From a virus (lineage: Duplodnaviria; Heunggongvirae; Uroviricota; Caudoviricetes): 64,000 nt of DNA. Positions within the stretch are counted from its first letter, which is position 1. Each line of letters opens with the position of its first letter. Made by a program: the position numbers and the translations under genes. The notes beneath the pieces are model-generated. The model was given only the letters and a program-made list of their open reading frames with translations, had not been told where the DNA came from and did not search any database. The DNA is taken from the IMG/VR virus record IMGVR_UViG_3300045988_147305; one strand, given 5' to 3'. This document shows, in pieces, positions 11,016-19,873 of this stretch.

Positions 11016-11333
11016 TCACTCATTAATCGGTTTAAACTCACTAATTAATTCACCAAGACTATTTGGGTATGCTTTATAAATAACATACTCCGAAGAGCCA
11101 TCTGAATATTGGTAAACCCCATAACAGACCAGTTTATTTATTCCTTTCTGAATAGTTTTTTGATTATAAGAATCAACCACTGTTATTCCATATGACGATA
11201 ATATTTCGTTATATTCTTCAATAAGAGCTTTTCTTGTTTCCACTGAATTGCAATCTACCTTCGAAAAGTCAACTTCATCAGCAAAAACATTAAATGTTAA
11301 AAAGGAAAGCACTAAAAACAAACGAATCAGCAT
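11016..11333 (-). CDS. Small secreted protein (sim locus)
   Basis: Signal peptide MLIRLFLVLSFLTFNVFA; AT-rich. Confidence 0.45.
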   Translation of the reverse strand: MLIRLFLVLSFLTFNVFADEVDFSKVDCNSVETRKALIEEYNEILSSYGITVVDSYNQKTIQKGINKLVCYGVYQYSDGSSEYVIYKAYPNSLGELISEFKPINE

Positions 11334-11344
11334 AAATCCACTCC

Positions 11345-11476
11345 TACGCATGGATTAATAGTCATTGATCGCAAAGGCGTAAACGTGCCCAAGGTATTTC
11401 GTATAATCGGTACAAATCTCCTTTACGCTTGATGCTGCATTAACAGTCCCAGCCATAAATAATAACGGTAGTAATA
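11345..11476 (-). CDS. 43-aa secreted peptide (sim locus, candidate simA)
   Basis: Hand-translated MRKLLLPLLFMAGTVNAASSVKEICTDYTKYLGHVYAFAINDY with RBS AGGTGAGG; below the ORF-track size cutoff. Confidence 0.35.
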
Positions 11477-11582
11477 GTTTTCTCATTATAACCTCACCTG
11501 CCTTATAACTCATTTAGGGTACATATTTTCGCCTTTAAAAAAAAGAGGTTATTAGATCCAACTGTGTATTTATTAAACAAAT

Positions 11583-11599
11583 AATGCTCTAATAAATTT
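11583..11599 (+). promoter_or_regulatory. C1 repressor operator (Op51-like)
   Basis: AATGCTCTAATAAATTT matches the P1 C1 operator consensus. Confidence 0.7.
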
Positions 11600-11774
11600 G
11601 TATTTTTAAGTCGCGAATGCTATCTTTTCGCATCATATTGACCTTTTAATCGTTCAGGCTTATAGTTCCACCGTCGTAGCAAATTCTGCGACCGGGTTTG
11701 ACAGCCTGAATGTTAGTGCGGACAACCGCAGATTTCCGATATTGCGGTATTTTTGTGTCCGTAAACCGCGTTAC

Positions 11775-11860
11775 GCCCGAATTATGGTGGGGCGTGATGG
11801 GGAGGCTTCGGCCTGCTGGTTTCACTAACGCCAGTCTGTCAACCCTGTCACGTCCTGCCA
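11775..11860 (+). ncRNA. c4-like antisense immunity RNA (approximate bounds)
   Basis: CACTAAC...CTGTCAACCC (11825-11845) is complementary to the direct-repeat targets GTTTGACAGC/GTTAGTG at 11693-11715 and 11861-11895, the latter just upstream of the icd RBS. Confidence 0.4.
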
Positions 11861-11912
11861 CCTGTTTGACAGCGGGTAGCAGGTTGTTAAACCTGTTAGT
11901 GAGGCCGTAACT

Positions 11913-12134
11913 ATGGTTAATGCCAATCCTTGCACACGCCCAGAATTCATCTGGCGTTTCTATTCCTGTAAAAAACACCACTATCACTTCGTTATCGCAG
12001 CAACTGAAGACGAAGCACGCTCTCAATTGCCTGATGGCCCCTGCATTTTTACTGCCCGTTTTTCTACTAACTCGCGCAATTCACTTAGTTACTGGAACCT
12101 CCCCTTCTCTGCCGACGTTCAGGGGGGTTTATGA
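11913..12134 (+). CDS. icd: Icd-like cell division inhibitor
   Basis: 73-aa ORF overlapping the start of ant, downstream of the c4 element. Confidence 0.6.
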   Translation: MVNANPCTRPEFIWRFYSCKKHHYHFVIAATEDEARSQLPDGPCIFTARFSTNSRNSLSYWNLPFSADVQGGL

Positions 12135-13174
12135 AAAAACCTCTCGTCACCCGTAATGAAATAGCCGAAGCGATCGCTTTGCATACTGCCTGTATGCCGA
12201 CACGGGAGATCCCCGGCGCAATTGCTAACTATTTCATGATAACCAGGCGTTTTTATACCCGAACAGATAAGGCTGTGATCAACAGGCTACTGATAGCCGA
12301 GATCAGGGATTATTTGATTGAACAAGGACGTCTACGTTACGCAACAGTGGCAGCAGAAATAAGAAAGGAGGCACATAGAATGACCGGTAATAATTTGAAT
12401 GTTGAAAAAACAGCACCTGTTACGTCAGCTACGCCAGCACCAGCCGTGAATATCATCCCCAACACCGGAGACACAATCGACAGCCAAACATTGTTGAAGA
12501 TGGTCAATGAGGCACGCAAGTTATGTGGAGAACCAGAGGTTAGAAACAATAAATTCATCGAAAAAATACTCGATGAACTTGAAGGTGAATTTTACACAAA
12601 AAGTGCAAAATCCCATGGCACAAGGGCTGGGCGCTCTTTTGAGGTCATCACCATGACCTACAAACAAGCCCTGCGAGTCGCCGCGCGCGAGTCAAAAGCG
12701 GTCCGCCGTTCGCTGATCGACAAACTGGAAGAATTGCAGCAGGCAAACTCCCCTGCCCCATCGATCCCCCAAACATTACCAGAAGCTCTACGCCTGGCTG
12801 CCGAGTTGGCAGAACAGAAAATGCAGCTGGAACAACAGCTGGTGGCCGCAGCCCCTAAAGTCGATTTTGCCGACCGGGTATCAGTGGCTAATGGAATCCT
12901 GATCGGGAACTTTGCAAAGGTCGTTGGACTTAAGCAAAACGCCCTTTTCTCATGGTTGCGCCAGAACGGCATTCTCATGGCTTTTGGTGCGCGCAAAAAC
13001 GTACCGCGCCAGCAGTACATTAACGCCGGGTATTTCACGGTGAAAGAAGTGGTGCTGGATGATGAAAATGGCTACCAGATACGGCTGACGCCCCAATTAA
13101 CGGGTAAAGGCCAGCAGTGGTTAACTCGCAAGCTACTTGATGCTGGTTTGTTAAAACCAGTAGCAATAGGTTAA
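12131..13174 (+). CDS. ant: Antirepressor Ant1 (in-frame Ant2 start near 12380), KilAC C-terminal domain
   Basis: 347 aa; C-terminal LPEALRLAAELAEQK...GKGQQWL KilAC/AntB-type domain; internal Met (MTGNNL) with upstream GGAGG. Confidence 0.75.
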   Translation: MKKPLVTRNEIAEAIALHTACMPTREIPGAIANYFMITRRFYTRTDKAVINRLLIAEIRDYLIEQGRLRYATVAAEIRKEAHRMTGNNLNVEKTAPVTSATPAPAVNIIPNTGDTIDSQTLLKMVNEARKLCGEPEVRNNKFIEKILDELEGEFYTKSAKSHGTRAGRSFEVITMTYKQALRVAARESKAVRRSLIDKLEELQQANSPAPSIPQTLPEALRLAAELAEQKMQLEQQLVAAAPKVDFADRVSVANGILIGNFAKVVGLKQNALFSWLRQNGILMAFGARKNVPRQQYINAGYFTVKEVVLDDENGYQIRLTPQLTGKGQQWLTRKLLDAGLLKPVAIG

Positions 13175-13187
13175 CAAAAGAAAAAAA

Positions 13188-13212
13188 CCTGCCAGCAAAC
13201 TGGCAGGTTTCT
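13188..13212 (+). terminator. Rho-independent terminator after ant
   Basis: Hairpin CCTGCCAGCAAACTGGCAGG followed by TTTCTG. Confidence 0.55.
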
Positions 13213-13252
13213 GAGCAGATCGTCCAACCCGATCTGGATCGAGCCAGAAAAA

Positions 13253-13269
13253 TTTGCTCTAATAAATTT
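13253..13269 (+). promoter_or_regulatory. C1 operator (Op53-like) upstream of kilA-repL
   Basis: TTTGCTCTAATAAATTT. Confidence 0.7.
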
Positions 13270-13338
13270 CGTTTTCTAAGTGCAAAGAATCACCATTTCG
13301 AGCTGGTGATTGAAGGTTGATGCAAATTTGGAGAAAAA

Positions 13339-14139
13339 ATGCAACAAACATTCAATGCGGATATGAATATATCAAACCTTCATCAAAATGTCGATCCTTC
13401 AACCACTCTGCCCGTTATTTGTGGTGTTGAAATTACGACCGACCGCGCTGGCCGTTACAACCTTAATGCTCTACACAGAGCGAGCGGACTCGGTGCCCAT
13501 AAAGCGCCAGCTCAATGGCTAAGAACGCTGTCAGCTAAACAGCTCATCGAAGAGCTTGAAAAAGAAACTATGCAGAATTGCATAGTTTCGTTCGAAGGCC
13601 GTGGCGGCGGCACTTTTGCCCATGAATTGCTCGCTGTGGAGTACGCAGGCTGGATTTCTCCCGCGTTTCGGCTGAAGGTAAACCAGACATTTATCGACTA
13701 TCGAACCGGAAGATTACAACCTGCTATTCCGCAGAGTCTCCCTGAAGCTCTCCGTTTGGCTGCCGACCTGGCAGAGCAAAAGCAACGGCTGGAGCAAAAA
13801 ATGCTTATGGATGCACCTAAAGTCGAATTCGCTGAACGCGTTGCTACCGCCAGCGGGGTTCTAATCGGCAACTATGCCAAAGTGCTCGGCCTGGGCCAAA
13901 ACTATCTCTTCACCTGGTTGCGTGATAACGGAATTCTGATCGCAACCGGTGAACGCAGGAACGTCCCCAAACAAGAATACATATCCCGTGGGTATTTCAC
14001 CCTTAAAGAAACCGTGATCGATACAAGCAATGGAAGCAGGATTTCTTTCACGACTCGTATAACCGGCAAAGGTCAGCAGTGGCTGATGAAGCGATTGCTT
14101 GATGCTGGTGTGCTGGTACCTGTCGCGGCAACGCGCTAA
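13339..14139 (+). CDS. kilA: KilA (KilA-N plus KilAC domains)
   Basis: 266 aa; N-terminal KilA-N/APSES-like segment (RYNLNALHRASG...KAPAQWLRT) and C-terminal KilAC domain paralogous to Ant. Confidence 0.75.
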   Translation: MQQTFNADMNISNLHQNVDPSTTLPVICGVEITTDRAGRYNLNALHRASGLGAHKAPAQWLRTLSAKQLIEELEKETMQNCIVSFEGRGGGTFAHELLAVEYAGWISPAFRLKVNQTFIDYRTGRLQPAIPQSLPEALRLAADLAEQKQRLEQKMLMDAPKVEFAERVATASGVLIGNYAKVLGLGQNYLFTWLRDNGILIATGERRNVPKQEYISRGYFTLKETVIDTSNGSRISFTTRITGKGQQWLMKRLLDAGVLVPVAATR

Positions 14140-14168
14140 CAGACGTAGTAAGAACCACCAGCATTGTA

Positions 14169-15014
14169 ATGCTGGCTAAAGTCACTTTCCTGAGCTGTAT
14201 AACGATGAGCGATTTTACTTTTTCTGGCTATGAATTGGCCTGCTTTGTAACACACTCCGGTCTATCCCGTAGCGCCGGGCATATCCTGTCGCAATGTGCA
14301 AATCTCGCGGCAACAACCAGTGAATACTTCATTCACAAGCCTCACCGCCTGATCGCGGCAGAAACTGGTTATAGCCAATCAACCGTCGTTCGTGCATTCC
14401 GTGAAGCTGTAAACAAAGGAATCCTGTCTGTAGAGATTGTTATCGGCGATCACCGTGAACGTCGCGCTAACCTGTACCGGTTTACACCATCCTTTTTGGC
14501 CTTCGCACAACAAGCCAAAAATGCGCTGATTGAAAGCAAATTAAAGATCTCTTCAGCGGCAACCAAGGTTAAAGCTGTTCTCGCTAAGACATTGGCTTTA
14601 TTTAATTTTTTATCCACACCCCCATGTCAAAATGATACCCCCTCCCCCTGTCAGGATGACGTGGCAATAAAGAATAAGAAGTCACAAGTTAAAAAAACAA
14701 AAAGATCAGTTTCCGGCGGTGCCGGAACGAGCAGACTCAAAAAATTGACTTCATGGATCGCTGAGACAAAAGCAAAGGCTGACAATCTGCGGTTATCCAA
14801 AAAACGCGCACAAAAACATGAGTTCAAGCAGAAAGTAGAGGCGGCAGCGCGGAAATATGCTTACCTGAAGAACAAGCGTTCTCCTGATATTGGCGGGGTA
14901 TCAAACTTCGATAATTTGCCGCATTGCATGACGGTAAACGAAGCTCTTAATGCGGTTTTAGCCAAAAATAAAGATAACGAAAAATGGGGTATACCGGCAG
15001 GATTCAGAGGGTGA
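14169..15014 (+). CDS. repL: RepL-like lytic replication protein
   Basis: 281 aa with wHTH-like segment; directly downstream of kilA under the same C1 operator. Confidence 0.55.
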   Translation: MLAKVTFLSCITMSDFTFSGYELACFVTHSGLSRSAGHILSQCANLAATTSEYFIHKPHRLIAAETGYSQSTVVRAFREAVNKGILSVEIVIGDHRERRANLYRFTPSFLAFAQQAKNALIESKLKISSAATKVKAVLAKTLALFNFLSTPPCQNDTPSPCQDDVAIKNKKSQVKKTKRSVSGGAGTSRLKKLTSWIAETKAKADNLRLSKKRAQKHEFKQKVEAAARKYAYLKNKRSPDIGGVSNFDNLPHCMTVNEALNAVLAKNKDNEKWGIPAGFRG

Positions 15015-15063
15015 TAGATTGCTCTAATCTGGAGTCACCTGGCGTTTTCAGTTTGAGGTCGGA

Positions 15064-15310
15064 GATGCAATCTGATTTTTTACAGTTAGCGATCGCTTTT
15101 GCAGGATATGTTTGTATTGGCTTCTGTGTATACATGATCAGCCGAAAAATGCTTGTCGATATCGACCGCAAAGAACGAGCAGAGGAGATCTTAGTATGGA
15201 TTTTCTTTGGCGCGGTCTGGCCATTAGGGATCATGTTTGCTGCAACATTTCTTCTGATGTGGATATTCACCCTTCCAGGTGATTTCTATAGAAAAAAAGC
15301 CAGACATTGA
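15064..15310 (+). CDS. Small membrane protein
   Basis: Two predicted hydrophobic helices; start uncertain (ORF-track start 14984). Confidence 0.3.
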
Positions 15311-15492
15311 TACAATCGCTGCGGGTGCTTGAGGCTATCTGCTTCAGGCATTACCCGACAAGCAGATAGAAGAAAGCCCCAGATAACATTACGCGTCCTG
15401 CAAGACGCTTAACATTAATCTGAGGCCATATCTATGCTTAGCATACGTAGATTAGCCCTCTCCCCTTTTTAGGAGCAAGGAATTTTTTACTG

Positions 15493-16089
15493 CTATGCCG
15501 CCTTTCCAATTATGGATTCAGCGACCAGAACAACCCCATGCTTACTTCGATCTGGGTGTTCACTCCATATCTCGGATTCAGGAATACTTACCCCGTCATA
15601 GCAAACACGTTCGCCGTCAAACGGGTAATACTGAGCGGCATCGGTGTCGAGGATAAACACTTTTAGCTCGGAAGAGCGACGGGCGATGTGTTGCCAAAGA
15701 GCTTTTCCACCTTCGTATTGCTCATTATCACTGAGCAAAACAACACCAGCTTTTGAGGCTACGGTTTCGTAAACAAAAGTAGCTAAACCGACATCCCGGA
15801 CGGTTCCATCAACCACGATACCTTCAATCTGGGCAACATCGCTATCCTCCCAGAACTTCCTTACCAGTACGCCTTCAAGCTGCGGGCGACGTTGAAGTTC
15901 AAGAGTAGCGACAACCTTATGGCGCATATCACCATCGATAACAGAAGGCGCAGCCTCTATTACAGCTGCAAATGGGGTTTTGGAATCCCATATAACCTGG
16001 TAAAGCACACCCTGGATGGTAACTCCGTCCAGGATCGAAAATCGACGAGCGACAGTACCCGGGGAGTACGACATTGGAATCACAGCCAT
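15493..16089 (-). CDS. Hypothetical protein (pmgF-like position)
   Basis: ORF with RBS AAGGGGGAC before ATG at 16089. Confidence 0.4.
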   Translation of the reverse strand: MAVIPMSYSPGTVARRFSILDGVTIQGVLYQVIWDSKTPFAAVIEAAPSVIDGDMRHKVVATLELQRRPQLEGVLVRKFWEDSDVAQIEGIVVDGTVRDVGLATFVYETVASKAGVVLLSDNEQYEGGKALWQHIARRSSELKVFILDTDAAQYYPFDGERVCYDGVSIPESEIWSEHPDRSKHGVVLVAESIIGKAA

Positions 16090-16216
16090 TTTAGAGTCCC
16101 CCTTTAACAGTACAGGCACAAACATCTACCTCAATAATTGTAGTTTATTAGAACATTAATAATCTAACATAAAACTCAAGACAATGTTATCGATGCATTC
16201 TTATATAAAATAGTTA

Positions 16217-16240
16217 TAAAAAAAGCTCCCGAAGGAGCTT
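16217..16240 (-). terminator. Rho-independent terminator
   Basis: Hairpin AAGCTCCCGAAGGAGCTT with T-run on the minus strand. Confidence 0.55.
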
Positions 16241-16260
16241 TAAAATACAAGGGATGACTC

Positions 16261-16770
16261 TTAATCCCACTCAATCCAGTTGTAAACGATACGAAGTGAC
16301 GGGCGCACAGCGGCAGTCACATCTTCGGTACTAAAGTCGATTGCATCACTGTAGATTTTGCAGTCCAACATTTCAATTGTTGTAGCAGCTTTTGTCACAG
16401 CGTTAACCCCGGAAGATTTGGATTCAGGGGTAGCAGCCATCGTGATATCAACATAGTCCTTCGCCGCAATGCGATCCTTGATGAACTGAAGAATATCGCC
16501 TTCGATAGTCTCCACGCACTGGACCTGGATTTCCCCAGAGTTTCGAATTGGTCCGTGCTGGTTGAACTTCACACCATTCGGACCATAGTCCTCCACATCC
16601 TCGCGTGTCATTTCAGGGATTTGCGACGTGCGAACCAGTACGCTGATATCTTCATGGCCTGCAAAAGTGAGCTGGAATTCAGAAGATACCAGTCGTTCGC
16701 CTTTGGCCGCGTTGGCAGTATAGCGGCCCTTAATAAATTTACGGTTTCCCTTAGTGTTATTGTGCCCCAT
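16261..16770 (-). CDS. Putative virion structural protein
   Basis: 169-aa ORF in the structural operon; function not assignable. Confidence 0.4.
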   Translation of the reverse strand: MGHNNTKGNRKFIKGRYTANAAKGERLVSSEFQLTFAGHEDISVLVRTSQIPEMTREDVEDYGPNGVKFNQHGPIRNSGEIQVQCVETIEGDILQFIKDRIAAKDYVDITMAATPESKSSGVNAVTKAATTIEMLDCKIYSDAIDFSTEDVTAAVRPSLRIVYNWIEWD

Positions 16771-16781
16771 ATAAAATCCTT

Positions 16782-17363
16782 TTACTGGAACGCCCGAACA
16801 ATATCGGAGCTGTTATATATCGAAGAACCGGTCAACTGGAGGTTGACGGTGTTTTTCAGGAAATATCCATTACTGTCCCTTGGCGCATCGAGATCAAAAC
16901 TTAAGTCCTGGATGGCGACATCGGTGATGTTGATCCGGCGACCAATGTTTAGCGTCACGCGCTCCGGGATTCGACCACCAACATTGGCCGCTTTTAGTTC
17001 CGGGCTAATCATGGCTGTCAACGCGGCGATAGCGCCTGAAACTTCAATGAATGGATTGTTCAAAGCAATGAAAGTTACAGGCAGCGTGAACGTCGGCGGA
17101 GTCCCCCCTTCCCAAACCATTAAGCTATTCCAACGGGCAACCGACGTTGTTTCAGTACCTACTTGCACAAAACCACCCAGAGCACCAGAAACAGATCCCA
17201 TGGACATACCGGTAAACGGCGCTTCCCAATTCTGGGCCATGTTCATTGCCGCTCCCTGGCTGATATATCCGGTAACCTGGTACTGAGAGTTCGTTAAAGT
17301 AACTTTCAGAAATGGCGATACACCGTCAGCCTGGCTGTAAACCCCATAAGGTATAGGTGCCAT
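16782..17363 (-). CDS. Putative virion structural/morphogenetic protein
   Basis: 193-aa ORF, synteny only. Confidence 0.4.
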   Translation of the reverse strand: MAPIPYGVYSQADGVSPFLKVTLTNSQYQVTGYISQGAAMNMAQNWEAPFTGMSMGSVSGALGGFVQVGTETTSVARWNSLMVWEGGTPPTFTLPVTFIALNNPFIEVSGAIAALTAMISPELKAANVGGRIPERVTLNIGRRINITDVAIQDLSFDLDAPRDSNGYFLKNTVNLQLTGSSIYNSSDIVRAFQ

Positions 17364-17398
17364 TCAAGTTAAAGGCCGGAGTTCTCCGGCCTCCTCCT

Positions 17399-18214
17399 TT
17401 AGCCAAGGCGCTTACGGCGCAGTTTCATTGACTTTTTGCGGGCAAGTTTTGCCGCGCCGGTCTGGGCTTTTCGACGCGCTTTTTTCAGCGCCGATTTTTG
17501 AGCCGCAGTCAGACGTTTTTTACGCAGGCGTTTACGGATGAGTTTGATCTCACCGTTACGAACAACCTTCTTAAATGCTTCAGTCAGCATTTCATCAGAA
17601 GTGCCAGCAACAACAAACGCCGCTTCCAGTTCGTCGCGGTCGTCGCTATCTAAACCAGCGATAGAGGCACCAACATCAGCAGCAGCGTCGTCGTCTTCAT
17701 CGTCAGCCAGTGCTTCGATCAGGTCATCATCTACACCGCATGCTGCGAGGAAGTCAGCAACATTTGCCCATGCTTCGTTATAGGCATCGTCCTGTTCTTC
17801 TGTAACTTCGGAGTCGTCGTCATCAGAGATACCAGCGATAGCCTGAACGAAACCATCAAGGGAGTCGAAAGTCAGATCACCGCTATCAGCCCAGGAGAAA
17901 ACGGCGTCGGCCGCATCACTCAACGCATTCTGCATAGCACTTCGATTTGCAGCTTCCAGAATCATCTGGTGCGCCTGTTCGACGGTCCATTCTTTACCGT
18001 CTTTCCCTTCCAGGATTTGCTCTGGAGCCGGGGCAGATGGAACGTTATCGTTAGTCTGTGCCGCCGGTTCCGGATTATTATTAATAACCGGATCTGTTGG
18101 CGGTTCGGCGCTTGCTCGGGCAGACTCCATCAGCTGCACAGGATCAGAGTTCAAAGCGAAACGGGACAGTCCATTCCCCAAAAATGCCCCGGATTGAAAA
18201 AAGTTTTTGCTCAT
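17399..18214 (-). CDS. Putative morphogenetic protein with acidic core and basic C-terminus
   Basis: 271 aa; Asp/Glu-rich middle, Lys/Arg-rich C-terminal tail (scaffold-like composition). Confidence 0.4.
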   Translation of the reverse strand: MSKNFFQSGAFLGNGLSRFALNSDPVQLMESARASAEPPTDPVINNNPEPAAQTNDNVPSAPAPEQILEGKDGKEWTVEQAHQMILEAANRSAMQNALSDAADAVFSWADSGDLTFDSLDGFVQAIAGISDDDDSEVTEEQDDAYNEAWANVADFLAACGVDDDLIEALADDEDDDAAADVGASIAGLDSDDRDELEAAFVVAGTSDEMLTEAFKKVVRNGEIKLIRKRLRKKRLTAAQKSALKKARRKAQTGAAKLARKKSMKLRRKRLG

Positions 18215-18223
18215 TGTATTCCC

Positions 18224-19813
18224 TTACTTAATAAGCAGCGGTACGCCCTGGATACGACGGGCTACGCCAGTCGGGCAGCAGGCCCAGACTACTTCCCATT
18301 TATCGAATTCCGCCTGCGTAACTTTCAGCACATACGGTTCTGTACCGTCAGCATCGGGATCACGAGGAGCCACCAGAGCGCCGGAGGCGACAAAGCGATC
18401 TAAAAGTTTGGTCATCCCTTTAGTCAGGCCAGCCGCAGTAATACCGTCCGGGCTATGCTTCATCTGTCGGGCTAACTGGACAAAGAAACGACTGATTGCA
18501 TTCATCAGGGATGGGACGTGCTGGAAGTGCAGATAGTTATCCTGCGTGCAGCAAGTTAAAGCATCGTCGATGATCATCTGGCCAGAGGTGCCAACAGATA
18601 CTTTATTGAGACGGCCCTTGACCATTGCTTCTTCGTCCGGGGTATCTTCCGGATACAGCGGTTGAATTGACGCACGAGCAATGACGGCACGTTCTTCACC
18701 AGCCGGTGAGTAATGCCAACCGCCGACATCAGAGTTTTTCTTGACGCCACGAGCTTTCGCCGCATACGCCACGCCAGACAGACCAAAGACCACACGGGAT
18801 TGGGTCCATTTGTCTTTGCAGGAGAACGGGTAGTGATAGACAGAACAGCTTACATAATCGGTACCAAGTAAACCGGTACCCTCAACAGCTGTTAGTGCTT
18901 CTGCGTACCTTAATGTCGGTTTGACATCAAAGAAGCCATCAATCAGGCGATCTGCACAGATTTTACCTAATGCGGTGATAGCCGCATTGTCATAGCAGCC
19001 CAGGCCAAGAACAGCGGTGTACATGTACGGCGCATTATTCAGCACTTTAACCGCACGCAGGTAAGCAGCGGTTGAGATTTTCGACTGATCGCCATTGGTA
19101 CCGCCAGTGAATGCCACCGATTTTTTATTTGTTACTTTCGCTGTAGAAATCAGCTCTTCATTAACAACCGCACGCAGATATTTAGAACGGGCTTCCAGAG
19201 CCGTAGGCAGATAACACAAGCGGCCCATGTCATCTTTCGCTTCTTCCGCCAAAGACACAGTGTGTGTCTCCAGGGTCGTTACCACACCGAGCGAAGTCGT
19301 CTGGGTCAGTTTTAAGAGGAAGCGTTCATTACCCGCGCTGTCCGCTGTTGCCGTTTCGATGGTTAACTCACGGGTAGGTGAAATACACGGATCACCATCA
19401 TCAACGTAGATAGCAAAGGCTTCGCCGCTATCAAGTTCAATTTCAGAACCGTATGGCAACGCACTGTTAGCCGGTTCGCCTGATTCATCGAACATAATAA
19501 TCGGGAACTTCGCATCATCCGGAACAGCACGGACAACATAACCAGACGTTTGCTGAATAGCTTCGTACATATGGCGAATTGGTTCAAACTGTGAGCCGGA
19601 AGACGGCTTCAGCGGTTCGCCAAGAACATCTTCGTAATTGGACTCAGTAACCGCAAGAACAGTAAACGGCTTGCCACGCGCAAATACGCCAATACCAGCC
19701 CACAAGCTGCTATTTAATGCAACACCGGTAGATAACGTCGCATCGGCATTGATCGGGCTAACCGCGACGCCGGATGCATTACCTAATGACTGTTGAATTG
19801 AATATTGAGACAT
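18224..19813 (-). CDS. Tail sheath-like protein (P1 gene 22 position)
   Basis: 529-aa ORF next to the head gene; assignment by size and synteny. Confidence 0.45.
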   Translation of the reverse strand: MSQYSIQQSLGNASGVAVSPINADATLSTGVALNSSLWAGIGVFARGKPFTVLAVTESNYEDVLGEPLKPSSGSQFEPIRHMYEAIQQTSGYVVRAVPDDAKFPIIMFDESGEPANSALPYGSEIELDSGEAFAIYVDDGDPCISPTRELTIETATADSAGNERFLLKLTQTTSLGVVTTLETHTVSLAEEAKDDMGRLCYLPTALEARSKYLRAVVNEELISTAKVTNKKSVAFTGGTNGDQSKISTAAYLRAVKVLNNAPYMYTAVLGLGCYDNAAITALGKICADRLIDGFFDVKPTLRYAEALTAVEGTGLLGTDYVSCSVYHYPFSCKDKWTQSRVVFGLSGVAYAAKARGVKKNSDVGGWHYSPAGEERAVIARASIQPLYPEDTPDEEAMVKGRLNKVSVGTSGQMIIDDALTCCTQDNYLHFQHVPSLMNAISRFFVQLARQMKHSPDGITAAGLTKGMTKLLDRFVASGALVAPRDPDADGTEPYVLKVTQAEFDKWEVVWACCPTGVARRIQGVPLLIK

Positions 19814-19873
19814 AACTTTCCCTGTTATGCGCCCCGCGCGGGGGCGCTATGTTAAACGGAGAGCTTCCCCTGA

